DNA of 64,000 nucleotides from Setoptus koraiensis. Its lineage: Eukaryota > Animalia > Arthropoda. The stretch spans positions 2,046,001 through 2,110,000 of the forward strand of contig CM106586.1 in the NCBI GenBank assembly GCA_048013815.1, given 5' to 3'. Positions 34,506 to 46,441 of the stretch are shown piece after piece (position 1 is the first letter of the stretch; each line of letters starts with the position of its first letter). The notes beneath the pieces were generated by a model. It searched no databases and was not told where the DNA came from. It saw only the letters and a list, made by a program, of their open reading frames with translations. The position numbers and the translations under genes are program-made.

Positions 34506-35056
34506 GACTTTACATCATTTGTCGATTATAAATAGAACACAAATAAACAAGAGTTACTGCAGTTATTTAAATTGTTTCTAGTCTAATACATTGGAATTGC
34601 ACAGTAGGCAGACCAAAGACCTTTTCGACTTGATTGGGCGTATCACATTGAACGAAAAACTTGTATGTAATATCGCAATATTTTACAAAAGCTACACTTT
34701 TGTTCCCCTTGCAAACTACATTCAACTATTTTAGCCGTATATCATGCTAATGATACAAACAACTAGTTAGCGAAACAAAAGCTGATGCAATACATTGCAA
34801 CAACAATCGGATAGGTGACAAAGTTATTATAACGATCGATACACTATTGGATGAGTGGTCAGCAGAGGAAGGATAAAAGAAGTGAAGCTTTTTTCGTTCG
34901 TTGCAGATTTATCACGAATCTACTGCGCACACAATTAAAAACTTTGCCGATCTTGGTGCTTTGGGGACACGAGACCTACAGCCCTTTAGATTTTTGTCTT
35001 ACATTGAATAACACGCTATTGATGAAATAATAACGATGATGAGTGCGACGCTTGTT

Positions 35057-35060
<4 letters not shown>

Positions 35061-35092
<32 letters not shown>
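35061..35092. repeat. (GA)n microsatellite
   Basis: Direct reading. Confidence 0.9.
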
Positions 35093-35097
<5 letters not shown>

Positions 35098-35595
35098 GTA
35101 GTGGAACTTGTCGTGACATGTTGCCGATTTAATTAGAAAAATGACTTGTACACCAGCTATAAGATCAACATATGAAAGCAAGATGTTTCGGGTAAAAATA
35201 TACCATCCATATAGCGAAGGTATTCATTTTAGTGAATTGTCACTCAAATAGAATACAATAAATATCTAGCTCAAATACAGTGATATCAATCTGCGAAATC
35301 GTTTTATTTATCAAAAATCTATCTACAGTGATCTATAGTGATCACTGGTATACGCAACTGCCACGGGTGTATGCATTGTCATGCAGACTGTATCGCAATG
35401 CGGCCCCTCTTTTGATGCAGGTCATTTCAAACGTACGCGCTGAAATGGCACATGCGCGTTCCCTTGCGCTATGCGCGCAAAAGTGGTCAAATATGTCAAC
35501 ATCCATTTGGAGCGCCATTAAAATGATTGGCACCCTAGAATTTTACCTCCATTTTATCGTGACCAATACTAAGGTGCCTACCACAAAAAAATAAC

Positions 35596-36204
35596 ATGGA
35601 CAGGACGTTTCTAGCAATCGCTCAGGTTGATAGTCCCAGCAAACTTCCATCGGATTTGGAAATATTGATCGGCGAAACGTTAGAGTCGACCGAAAAGATT
35701 GCCGAAGCATGGCAATACCCAATGAGGAGCTATGCCGCTGGTCTGCTAAAGCGATGCATCAAAAAAGAAGAGGACAAAGAAAGAATGGATGAATTAGTAG
35801 AAAAACTCACAAAATCCCAAACGGAAACGTTCAAGAAAATTCTCGAACAAAGAATGTTTGAAATACTGTCTAACAAGGCGGACCTCAAAGAAAAAATCAG
35901 CTATGTTTGTAGACATTCTGATTCTGATCATCTGATTCACAGAATACTACCACCAATCAATGAAACTACTGAAAAGTTTGTCCAGTCGCTCAAGGAAAAA
36001 ACGGATGGAATGCAGTCTATACAAGAGCTCAGATTGATGATAGACTCGATTAATAATCAGATCCAGTCATATGAAAATGAACGTATTACACTGGAGAAAG
36101 ATTTTTCCGCATCTTTTGACAAAATTGAAGATATCTGCACCAGTGGCATACGTCAGAGTGCTTGTAGAAATTACTCATCCAATGCCTCAAAGGATGAATC
36201 CTGA
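35596..36204 (+). CDS. Hypothetical 202-aa helical/coiled-coil protein
   Basis: ATG-initiated ORF with natural E/K/L-rich composition in an otherwise stop-rich AT region; no family recognised. Confidence 0.55.
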   Translation: MDRTFLAIAQVDSPSKLPSDLEILIGETLESTEKIAEAWQYPMRSYAAGLLKRCIKKEEDKERMDELVEKLTKSQTETFKKILEQRMFEILSNKADLKEKISYVCRHSDSDHLIHRILPPINETTEKFVQSLKEKTDGMQSIQELRLMIDSINNQIQSYENERITLEKDFSASFDKIEDICTSGIRQSACRNYSSNASKDES

Positions 36205-36409
36205 GGAATACTGGATGACACTTTTGAATGCTAGACTTATGGGACACTCAATCCGAAAAAAAAACATTCATTCATTCATTATACCTATCACTTGTACCAT
36301 AAAATATTGTAAATACATCGATGTTAGATCGAGAGACGAGAGGGGAAGGGAGAAAGAGAGAGTTTTATATTTGCTAATAAAAGGAAATAGTAACAGCTTT
36401 TCTTTTCGG

Positions 36410-37654
36410 CTATATTGACTTGATAGAATCCAAAATAGACATCTTGAATGCCAGATCCCAATAATGCTCGCATTTATGAGCCCTGAAAAAATCACGGGCA
36501 GCTGCGTCATTAAGAACTTGTTTTATCTTAATATCTTTGAAAGCCCTCTCTTTGACTTGACCCTCCCAGACCAGTAGACACTTATTTTCGGTTTTTTTAA
36601 CTTGACCATCTGAAGTATCCATAGCGTCATGCTGAGCGCTGTCCTGGACTTTATCATCACGATAATCGTCGTATTCAGACCAATTGATACGATTGAGCAT
36701 CAACCTTTTAAACTTCTTCTGCTGTTTTGGACCGCCTTCGACAACAACGACATTGATATCTTTATATAATAGTATTATGCCTGTCATGGTGAGCTGTTTG
36801 GCGTTGATACTGACTTTGTATTTGAGTGCGGATGAGCTGAGATTGAGCACCCTATAGACTATCACATGAATACCCGTCATACTGAGATCTTCTTGAAATT
36901 TTCTTAACTTCTTCTCTTTTTTTTGTTCACCAGTTAATTTTTTCGCTTCATTGTGCTCCAGATGAGCCTGTCTCCTCTGAGATATTTGCTCTTTTACCTT
37001 TGCTTCACTTTTACTTGGATCCAAGATGGCCTCTCCACCTAGAGCTAGCATCATATTAGATTTAGTCAATCTTGGCTCTGGCGCAGCCTCTAATCCTAGC
37101 TTGATTTGTTCCTGTTTCTTTCTGTTGGCTTCAGCTCGAAGCGTCCTCCTGAGCCTCTTCTGTTCTTTCTTGGTAAGATAGATTAATGGTGGAGGCGCTT
37201 TGCTTGTGTCTATGGGAGGTTGTTGGACTATCGGATGCTCAACTAGGTGAGTGATGCCATCGAATATTTCCTCTGGTTTAGAGGTCTTAAGGCGCTGCAC
37301 AACCTCATCGAGAGAGCGTCCCTTGAGAAGTAGCATATCCCACCATTCAACTATCGGAGGTTGGTCATCTGCTTTCTGCTCTGCAGAAGTGGTAGGGGCT
37401 ATTGTCAACGAGGCGAGTTTCGCTGCATCTTTGATACCGGTTTTTTGTGAGGCTAGCTCAATACGTTTCTGTAATTCTATCCTTCTTGCTTGTCTGCGTA
37501 AGTCCTCAGCTAACGTGACGTACTTTCCGGGTTCATTAAATTCGAATGTCCTCACTCGTCTCACTGGTCCAATAAATTCCTTATCCTCTTGCTTCTCTAG
37601 GCGCCTCCGTTCTCTTTCCTCTTGGGCTCTGATGTTCGCTTTGACTGTAAACAT
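36410..37654 (-). CDS. PRPF3: U4/U6 snRNP protein Prp3, intronless
   Basis: TFEFNEPGKY, PPIVEWWD, ITHLVEHP, YLTKKEQKRLRR, KQLTMTG, VVVVEGGPKQQKKFKRLMLNRINW, CEHYWD. Confidence 0.96.
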   Translation of the reverse strand: MFTVKANIRAQEERERRRLEKQEDKEFIGPVRRVRTFEFNEPGKYVTLAEDLRRQARRIELQKRIELASQKTGIKDAAKLASLTIAPTTSAEQKADDQPPIVEWWDMLLLKGRSLDEVVQRLKTSKPEEIFDGITHLVEHPIVQQPPIDTSKAPPPLIYLTKKEQKRLRRTLRAEANRKKQEQIKLGLEAAPEPRLTKSNMMLALGGEAILDPSKSEAKVKEQISQRRQAHLEHNEAKKLTGEQKKEKKLRKFQEDLSMTGIHVIVYRVLNLSSSALKYKVSINAKQLTMTGIILLYKDINVVVVEGGPKQQKKFKRLMLNRINWSEYDDYRDDKVQDSAQHDAMDTSDGQVKKTENKCLLVWEGQVKERAFKDIKIKQVLNDAAARDFFRAHKCEHYWDLAFKMSILDSIKSI

Positions 37655-38221
37655 TGTTGGAATCTCGGTCGGTGATCAAAGATATAAGGACTGGCTAGTA
37701 ATGCAGAGGGAGGCCTTTGTACATTGGGTCGGTGTAAAAATTTATTTTGCTGTGACATTTATCATGTGAGTAAGATTGCGAGAATGCCTCTTATTGCACT
37801 TTCTCACAGTAGTACAAATAGGTCGTCTGTTTACTATCGTACGACTATAGAATAAAATACGTTGCTGCTGCCTTCACGGAATAGGGTCACGAATTAGAAT
37901 TGTTGCTGTGAGGATAATGAACCAGGGTGCCTAATAAATACTGTACCAGAAAAATATGAAGAATACAACCAAACCTATCACTGAGTTTGAGAATCACCCT
38001 GTCTCGAGTAAATATCGTTTTCAAAAAGATTATAATTCAAAAACCGCGCTCCGTGTTTTCAGTCAAAATTGTCGAATTTAGTAAATATAAATACAGGATG
38101 TACTAAGATGTAGTAAGACAATCACTTTAAGCTGATTTAATATCTTCATCATCCCTCAGTCGAATTTCTAATTATTGTTTCATCCAATAGTATTCACAAT
38201 AGTAATACATATTGTACCAGT

Positions 38222-39169
38222 ATGTTTGTATGGGACTGGATCGCTGGAGCTCTTAGTTATCTGGGCTTATACAGGAAGAATGCCAAGTTATTATTCCTCG
38301 GGCTAGATAATGCAGGAAAAACTACCCTATTACACATGCTTAGAGATGATCGAATGGCTCAACATGTGCCCACTTTACATCCAACATCTGAAGAATTAAC
38401 TATGGGAAGTATCAAATTCACCACATTCGATCTAGGAGGCCATCATCAAGCTAGAAGAGTTTGGAGAGATTATTTTCCGGCCGTAGATGCAATTGTATTC
38501 CTTGTCGATACATGTGATCGAGAAAGATTTTCAGAGTCCAAAACAGAGCTGGACGTAAGTGTTCCCCTTAATCCATCATCTCGTACCTCGGGTGGAAAAC
38601 GACTTCTTAGATGATGTGAATCGGTTTTTATGAGCCGTATTCAGTTTCTTGTGAGCTCACATTCTGACTACTTGCCATGATCAACTGTGATACCGGTCTT
38701 TTCGATCACCCCAAATTTATGTTTTGTCAGAATTCTCACCATAACTGAAGTCATTTTCCACATTATATTTTCAACAACTACTTGATTATCATAACATTTT
38801 TTCTTTTCACCCTCATTATAGAGTCTTCTGACAGATGAACAGTTATCTAACTGCCCTGTGTTAATATTGGGCAATAAGATTGATAGACCAGGAGCAGCCA
38901 GTGAGGATGAGATTAGAGGATATTTCGGATTGCAAGGCCAAACAACTGGGAAGGTAAAAAACTAACGGAATTCTGAGTGTCTCATAGCGAACAAAACATA
39001 CCTTCAAAATCTGAATTAACCAGTATTCCTATCTCCTCTCTATTTATTACTGCAGACTAAGATAAACCGCTCCGACCTGCCAGGTCGACCCTTAGAATTG
39101 TTCATGTGCTCTGTTCTGAAAAGACAAGGCTATGGTGATGGATTTCGTTGGCTAAGTGATTTTATTTAA
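38222..39169 (+). CDS. SAR1: SAR1 small GTPase; exons 38222-38554, 38822-38953, 39056-39169 (192 aa)
   Basis: [14 protein letters not shown], then spliced [21 protein letters not shown] and [24 protein letters not shown]; GT-AG introns, both phase 0. Confidence 0.96.
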
Positions 39170-39360
39170 TGATCAAGATTTTAGATAAGTTACCATGATA
39201 ATGATAATATAAGCAAATCAATATTCATTTTGAGAGGATAGAGTTAAATATATCAATTTTTGAAGTAGTAATAGGAATGAACAAGCCTCTAATCTAAGAA
39301 TTGATCTCATGTATGCGTTTATTAATTCTTGTATATTTGATTCAGTTTTAGACTCGTATA

Positions 39361-41988
39361 CTAACTAGAGAGAAAAGCTTTTGTTGCAACACTGTCTCTC
39401 TTAAGCCAATCCTCATTCAAGCGAATAGTTTCAACAGATTGCTGAACAACTCGTTCTGATCCTGGGAACTTATTCTCCGTGAAGAATTTTAATACTTCCA
39501 AAGCTTTTTCTTCGCTAGCGAAATTTCCTGTTAAGTGTTTAATGAGTTGAATCATGAGCATTCCGCCAGCGTAACGTTCCTTCAAATCTTCTGCACGGCT
39601 TGTTAATAACTCCCAAGCTGCATCGCGGCCCTTTGTGGTCATCGCAACAGATATGATGACAAATACTTTGTCTTGATCTCTAACTTCGTTGGACATAGCG
39701 AAGTCTATGACTCGTTTAATACGGGACTTATCTTTGGAGTAGCCGAGAGCCCTGGCAGCCCGATTTTTCTCCTCGTGAAGATCGGATTCGCGGTAAATTT
39801 TAAAGATTGATTCAAACATTTCGTCATCACCGTAGGCGGCTATCGCTCTGTAGACTGCGCTTCTCAGATCAGCAGGTATCAGCGAGGTCTTGTTGAGGTG
39901 GGCCGAGAAACGTTTCTTGGCCTCAGCTATAACTTCTTGGTCGTCAAATGAAACGAGTCGACCAATCACCAGGGCCCGAGACAAAGCGTCAGTGTGAGTT
40001 TCATTAGAAGAAGGTGTCCAAGTGAGTTTCTGAAAGAAGTCATTGTATAGTTTTCGTCCGTAACTATGGAACAAATCTTGAAAATCGGTATGAGAGAAAA
40101 GTATATTGAGACGGCCTAGACAGTTGTCGATCGACGACCAAACTGTGTAGTTATTCTCGCCGGAAAATGCATTCAGTAATTTGAGCAGTTCGACGGTCGA
40201 GACGGCACCCGCTTGACAAAGGGCAAAGTAATCGCTTTGTATACCAAATCGGTCTAAAGGTGGTAAAGTTTTTTTGGATATCGCTGGCCAGAATTTGGTG
40301 ATCATTTCTTGTGGATAAGCAGTTCTATAGAGTCCAATGGTGCCCGGATTAAACTTGATCCAGTTGTCACCTACATTCTCAAGTTTAATTTCGTCGCTCG
40401 CCTTCTCCAAAAGAACTTCCTTTGCTGTTTCACTGGGAGAAGCACCTGTTGTTACTGCAAGGGGTATCATCCAGATCAAGTTGCTTTCTTCGGCTGAGAT
40501 TTTACCATCGGATGCAAATTTATTTTGATTTACTTTAACAATTGTAGATGTACCCTCGCTTCTGCATGTCACTGACAACCATGGAAAACCCTTTTGTTTC
40601 GTCCATTGAGTCATGACTTTGGTGACTGGCTTAGAGCTAGCAGCTTCCAAAGCCTCCCATAGGTGTTCAGTCGAGGCATTACTGTATGCGAACTTGGTCA
40701 GGTAGGCTTTCATGCCGGATCTAAAACATTCGTCTGAAATGTAGTTATGTAACATCCTTATAACTGATGCCCCTTTGTTATAAGAGATATCATCGAAAAT
40801 AGCGTCGATCTCAGAAGGGTGATTGATAGGCACTTCGATTGGATGGCTGTTATGGAGCGCATCTAACTCCAAAGCTCTAGCGTATGAATCTGTAACAAAT
40901 TGAGTCCAGATATCATACTCAGGAAATATGTGATCAACACATAAAAATTCCATAAAAGAAGCAAATCCTTCATTTAGCCATAAATGAGTCCACCATTCCA
41001 TTGTGACCAAATTACCGAACCACTGGTGGGCGATTTCGTGAGCAACTACCAGTGCTATGTACTGTTTCGCTTGAGTAGACGTATTCTTTGGATCAACGAG
41101 AAGGCATGTTTCTCTGTATGTGACTAAACCCCAATTTTCCATAGCACCAGATGAAAAATCTGGTATCGCAATGAGATCCATTTTCGGTAGTGGATACGGC
41201 ACGCCAAAGTATTGTTCATAGTATAAAATAGATTTGATAGCCACATCCAAAGCAAACTGTCCGAGTTCTTTTTTGCCCGGCTGCGTAAAGACTCTAACGG
41301 GTCTATTCTTGCAAAGATCTTCGACATGATCAAACTCTCCAACAACACACGCAACCAGGTAAGTTGACATGATTGGTGTCGTAGCGAATTTAACAACTTT
41401 TTTACCATCGGCATTGCTTTTCTCTTCAATGACATTCATGTTTGACAATGCAATACGTTCAGCGTCAACCACGAGAGTTATATCAAATTTAGCCTTAGCG
41501 GACGGCTCGTCCCAACATGGGAAAGCACGCCTAGCATCAGTTGGTTCAAATTGGGTGACGGCTGCGTATCTTTCTTCGCCGTTTGGGGCGACGTATTTAC
41601 TTCGATAGAAGCCTTTCATTTTATCGTTGAGTGTTCCATCGAATGTGATCGACAATTTGCCTTGTCCTTTTTTCAGTGGTTTGTCGAATATCAACACTGA
41701 GGTCTCTGATTTTTTGGATTGTATCACTTGTTTGATAGAGAATACTTCATCGCCTGCTATATCGGCCACAAAGGACACATCGGTAAAATTGAGTTCTACT
41801 GCGTGCAGGACAATCCTATCCACATTTGTTTCGTTGATTGTCACCTCGATGCTGACATGGCCTTTGAAGGTAAAAGCCTCCAGATTTGGCTCTAGAGTGA
41901 CATTATATCCATGCGGGGTACAGCTGCTTGGTAGACGAATGTCGGTGAAAACATTGTCATCATGAGTCACGGACAGAACCATGGTCAC
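39361..41988 (-). CDS. NPEPPS: Puromycin-sensitive aminopeptidase (M1 family), intronless
   Basis: TQFEPTDARRAFPCWDEP, GAMENWGL, VVAHEIAHQWFGNLVTMEWWTHLWLNEGFA. Confidence 0.96.
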   Translation of the reverse strand: MTMVLSVTHDDNVFTDIRLPSSCTPHGYNVTLEPNLEAFTFKGHVSIEVTINETNVDRIVLHAVELNFTDVSFVADIAGDEVFSIKQVIQSKKSETSVLIFDKPLKKGQGKLSITFDGTLNDKMKGFYRSKYVAPNGEERYAAVTQFEPTDARRAFPCWDEPSAKAKFDITLVVDAERIALSNMNVIEEKSNADGKKVVKFATTPIMSTYLVACVVGEFDHVEDLCKNRPVRVFTQPGKKELGQFALDVAIKSILYYEQYFGVPYPLPKMDLIAIPDFSSGAMENWGLVTYRETCLLVDPKNTSTQAKQYIALVVAHEIAHQWFGNLVTMEWWTHLWLNEGFASFMEFLCVDHIFPEYDIWTQFVTDSYARALELDALHNSHPIEVPINHPSEIDAIFDDISYNKGASVIRMLHNYISDECFRSGMKAYLTKFAYSNASTEHLWEALEAASSKPVTKVMTQWTKQKGFPWLSVTCRSEGTSTIVKVNQNKFASDGKISAEESNLIWMIPLAVTTGASPSETAKEVLLEKASDEIKLENVGDNWIKFNPGTIGLYRTAYPQEMITKFWPAISKKTLPPLDRFGIQSDYFALCQAGAVSTVELLKLLNAFSGENNYTVWSSIDNCLGRLNILFSHTDFQDLFHSYGRKLYNDFFQKLTWTPSSNETHTDALSRALVIGRLVSFDDQEVIAEAKKRFSAHLNKTSLIPADLRSAVYRAIAAYGDDEMFESIFKIYRESDLHEEKNRAARALGYSKDKSRIKRVIDFAMSNEVRDQDKVFVIISVAMTTKGRDAAWELLTSRAEDLKERYAGGMLMIQLIKHLTGNFASEEKALEVLKFFTENKFPGSERVVQQSVETIRLNEDWLKRDSVATKAFLSS

Positions 41989-42608
41989 TACAGAGGGATT
42001 GCCCTTTTCAATGGATTCTCAATGTTGATTACGAACTAGATAATGAGGGACGCTTTAATCACGATGATAGAAGCTAGTGATTTGGTAATACTATCTTGAA
42101 TATTGAAAAAGATTCTTGGGCTCCTAATAGAATGAGATATAATGGTCTATGACAATAGTCGGAATGAAACAAGTCTATCTATATGCTCTTGTCATATATA
42201 TATCCGGCCATTCGCCGGTACAGAAACTCTGTGTGCAGCGCCAATTTCAAAACGATTTTTTTTGTGATGAAGTTCAACATCAGTTCATATGTACGAACTA
42301 ATATATGCGAAGCGATGCACGCGGACGGTACACGTCCTTTTTCGATATCTTACGATACATTTGAGGATAATGCTCACAAACATTCAACTATCGAATCATC
42401 TAGGTATTCAATAGTGCAATTTATTGCATGTGCTGTCTATTTTGTAAATGTGTTCTCTATTTCATAACACCTAACACGCAGCGACCGGTGGCCACTTCGA
42501 GGCTGTTGGGTCTTGTACTCTCTAGGAGACTATTGAGTGACTGCGCGTTTACACCAGATTACCTCATATTCTGCCATCACTATCACTCACTATATTCTAC
42601 TCAACAAA

Positions 42609-43040
42609 ATGTTTTGCGATGAATATCAGGTACATTCGCTCACCCGAGCGAATGAAGAATACCAAAATTTGAATCAAGATATTGCATCGGAATCACCAAG
42701 AATCAAAACGACTGCTTTATTCAAACAAGCGACAACAGACGATATTGAAATCGAATGTAATGTTTAAAATCCTCCATGTAAGATGTTTGACGAGATGACC
42801 TCAGATTTCAACTTAAGTTGACCTTCCTAATCTTTTGTCTCTCACGAAGCGATGATCATCAATTCTGTTGTAAAACTCATTAGAATAGTAACAGTAGAAT
42901 AGTAATAGTTAAATCAGTCTGGATACCAAATGCTCTGAACATGTATCATTCATTAAAAAACTTTCACCGCACAATCTCTACACCAATAAGTGATTGGAGG
43001 AGATCGAGAGGGGTCCAACAAGACGCTGTGCAATAAATGA
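42609..43040 (+). pseudogene. Degenerate ACBP-like paralogue
   Basis: Exon 1 EEYQNL...TALFKQATTDDIEIE parallels the 44008 copy, intron sequence also homologous; downstream W..G...DAV is followed by a stop. Confidence 0.55.
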
Positions 43041-44007
43041 AGCAACTCGAACACCAGCAGAGCAACAAAACGGAAAACAGAGCGTACCTATTGGGAGATC
43101 TTTACTCGTCAAAGAGAAATCTTACAAGTCTTGTTACCATAGCAACTCGGCGAGAGTAGGAACAAATGCACAGCACTAAATGACGAACACTTTTCCTCCT
43201 AATGGTGTTCAAGGCATTATAAATTGATTAAGACTATCTAAGTGTTACAGCTACGATTGGAACTCCTCTGTCAAGTACTGAAGTTAAATTCATGCCACTA
43301 GACTATTAATTGCATAATAATTTTCAATTAAGTCTATTAAGGACATGTCTTATGTTAATTTCTTCTCAAGATTGATAGCTAACCTGATATTTGAGCACCT
43401 TTCATCGCACAGTGTGTTGATATGACGATTTGTTTGTTTGACAAGACACTCAACATGTTGTTGCTCTTCCCATGATACATCGGAAGCTTGAGTACGAGAT
43501 TAAAACTTGAAAGTAAGCCCGATTTCAATTAAAGGTGATATCTAATGGTACCAATGCTAATCTTCTATTTGTGTCGAGTATATCGAACGTTGATACATCT
43601 AAATTATCTGATTGTTAGTTTTTTAGCGTTCCAAGTGGACACACACCCAATTGCTTTCACGACAGGTGTTATGAATCACCTTCTTGGTATATATTGTTAC
43701 ATCCCCTCCTTGCTTATGTATCAAATCCATGCCAAAAAGCATCAATTTTACAACCGAAAACTTCAGCCAACTTACTCAAACGACTATAATTGACTTCGAT
43801 TTGGATGTTCCAATCTAATGTGCAGGATAATGTTTTGAAGTATAAATCCCATTACATTTCACATTATCTGACATCACAACAATATCATACAAAGGTGCGA
43901 GACAGATCGATGATCTTGTATTCATTTTGTCTATTTGCCCCGTCCATCATAAGTATTTACAATCTCAATCAAGTTTAAGACAAAAAAAGAAAGAATTCTG
44001 CAACAAA

Positions 44008-44406
44008 ATGTCTTACGATGAAAGATGTTTCCATAACGGGTGGGACTTCATCCGAGCCTATGAAGAATACAAAAATTTAGACCAAGATATTGTGCCAGAA
44101 TCAGACAGGATCAGAATGACTGCTTTATTTAAGCAAGCGACTATGGGCGATATTGGAATTGAATGTAAATATCATCCATTAAAGATATTCGACAAGATGA
44201 TCTCAAATTTCAACTTGAGTTGACCTTTCTAGTCTTTTGTCTTTCCCGAAACAATGACAATTTAATCAGTGTCTCCGGACGATGGAACATATAAACAATG
44301 CCAAGAATGGAAATCGATCGCCGGAACACCCAAACACGAAGCCATGCTCTTGTATATGAATCTAGCTCGTGATTTGTGCATCAAATATTCATCGGACAGT
44401 AGTTAG
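44008..44406 (+). CDS. Divergent acyl-CoA-binding protein (ACBP)-like; exons 44008-44164 and 44270-44406 (~97 aa)
   Basis: FIRAYEEYKNL...ALFKQATMGDI, spliced to QEWKSIAGTPKHEAMLLYMNLARDLCIKYS; GT-AG intron at the position where ACBP genes commonly have one. Confidence 0.72.
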
Positions 44407-44704
44407 ATGACAGAAGTAGGAAGTTGAGAGTTGTTACAAATACACAGAAGAATAGAGCTGCTGTCGGCTATATCTAAACTATATTTCACATGTATGTGTA
44501 AATAAATTCAACTGTCAATTTATTTCGTTGGATCTACCTCGAAATACCTCTCTTGTTCCGACTTGCTCTAACAAACTCGTATTTGTTAATAACATTTAGT
44601 CCTCAGGTCCAGATTTATTATAGAGAGAAAAAGCGAACGAGAGAGAGAGAGAACGAGAGTTTTCGACTCACCTTCGGGTTGTGAGGCTGGCGGGGTCGCG
44701 GTTA

Positions 44705-44767
44705 GGGGTGTCAGGGGTGCCGGGGGTGCCGGGGGTGCCGAGGGTGCCGGGGTAGTGGGTGCCGAGG
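44705..44767 (+). repeat. G-rich 9-bp tandem repeat (GGGTGCCGG-like, about 6 units)
   Basis: Direct reading; GC island in AT-rich surroundings. Confidence 0.85.
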
Positions 44768-44785
44768 TGGTTTGAATGTTGTACG

Positions 44786-44912
44786 AAAGAAGAAAAAACG
44801 AAACATTTATCGAGACACTTCAAGCTTTTTAATGCATTTTTCGGCTGATGCGAGCGCCCCTCGCGTCTTTCTATTGAACTACAGCTCAAGCTATTCGCAA
44901 ATTGCCACACGG
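44786..44912. mobile_element. Right half of the TA-TSD MITE family
   Basis: Near-identical to 15096-15222 and ends CACACGG|TA. Confidence 0.9.
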
Positions 44913-45097
44913 TAGTTTCACAGTAAGTTGCACAGGGGAGTGCGCGTTCATGTATTTTTCCATAGCGTGCAGCGCCCCCTACAATAAATAAATAAAACCT
45001 ACAATTATATCGTGGAAATTCACAGGTGATGTTGTTAGTCCGCAAGACAGAATGCACATCTGCACCCAGATAATTTTATCAGACAAGCATCCTCACA

Positions 45098-46330
45098 ATG
45101 AAGAAGCAGTTTAAGGTGGCCTTTCTGCATTTAGATCTGGGAATCGGAGGAGCTGAGAGGCTTGTTGTCGATGCAGCATCAGCTCTCAAGCGACAGGAGG
45201 GATTCCAAGTGAAAATATACACAGCTCATCATGATCCAGGTCGTTGTTTTCCCGAAACAAATGGGGATCTGGATGTTCAAGTGATAGGAGGTTTTATACC
45301 AAGATCTATCCTGGGACATTTGATAGCTTTTATGGCCTACATGAGAATGATTTACATAGCCTTATATTTAGTTTATTTTTGTCCTCAATCTTACGATCTT
45401 TTTATCTGCGACCAAGTTTCAGCGTGTATACCGTTCCTTCACCTTTCCAAGAAGAAGGTTGTATTCTATTGTCATTTTCCGGATCAATTATTGACTCAAA
45501 GATCTAACAAATTTAAAGAGTTATATAGAAGGCCCCTGGACTGGTTCGAAGAGTACACAACAGGTAAAGCGGATACTATTTTGGTCAATTCACAATTCAC
45601 CGCTAAGATATTTAGGACGACTTTCAAGTCACTCAATAGCGTACAACTGCATACCCTCTATCCTTCTGTCAATTGTGAATTATTTCTTAACAACAGAGCA
45701 GTTGATAACTCAAGCGGTGGGGAGCCGAACATAAATCGCAAAATTTGCCGTTTTACGTTTTTATCGGTTAACAGGTACGAAAGAAAGAAGAATTTATCGC
45801 TAGCTATCCGAGCACTGTCAAAACTATATAATGATGATATGAATCTACCTGGTGCACTGGATGTCCATCTTAACATGGTTGGTGGCTATGATGAGCGCAT
45901 CGCAGAAAATGTAGAATACTTCGAGGAGTTGGTCCAACTGGCGTTTGATTTAAGTGTACGACCTAGAGTGACGTTCTTCAAATCACCAAGCGATCAGACA
46001 AAACTTGATCTATATCGTGACTGTGATGCAGTCATATACACCCCTGAAAATGAGCACTTTGGAATAGTTCCTCTGGAGGCGATGTTAATGGGGAAGCCAG
46101 TCATTGCTTGTGATAGCGGTGGACCTTTGGAAACGATTGTTCATGGTAAAACCGGATATCTGTGTCACCCCGACCCGGAATCATTTGCTGACAAGATGTT
46201 TGAGCTCTGTTCTAATACGACAAAGAGTCAACAGATGGGTATCGCGGCACGAGAGCACGTAATCAAGAATTTTTCTTTCAAGACTTTCCAAACCCAACTC
46301 GTTAGAGTCTGCCTACAAACAGCGAATTGA
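45098..46330 (+). CDS. ALG2: Alpha-1,3/1,6-mannosyltransferase ALG2, intronless
   Basis: FLHLDLGIGGAERLVVDAA, FYCHFPDQLL, LSVNRYERKKN, YTPENEHFGIVPLEAM. Confidence 0.96.
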   Translation: MKKQFKVAFLHLDLGIGGAERLVVDAASALKRQEGFQVKIYTAHHDPGRCFPETNGDLDVQVIGGFIPRSILGHLIAFMAYMRMIYIALYLVYFCPQSYDLFICDQVSACIPFLHLSKKKVVFYCHFPDQLLTQRSNKFKELYRRPLDWFEEYTTGKADTILVNSQFTAKIFRTTFKSLNSVQLHTLYPSVNCELFLNNRAVDNSSGGEPNINRKICRFTFLSVNRYERKKNLSLAIRALSKLYNDDMNLPGALDVHLNMVGGYDERIAENVEYFEELVQLAFDLSVRPRVTFFKSPSDQTKLDLYRDCDAVIYTPENEHFGIVPLEAMLMGKPVIACDSGGPLETIVHGKTGYLCHPDPESFADKMFELCSNTTKSQQMGIAAREHVIKNFSFKTFQTQLVRVCLQTAN

Positions 46331-46441
46331 ATATATCCTTCTTTGTCACTCTCTCGATTGTTTATAAATTAGATGACTAGAATTCGATTAAAGTCTAAAG
46401 CTGATAAATTCACCTTATTTATTAGTTTTGTTGCTGTTGCT

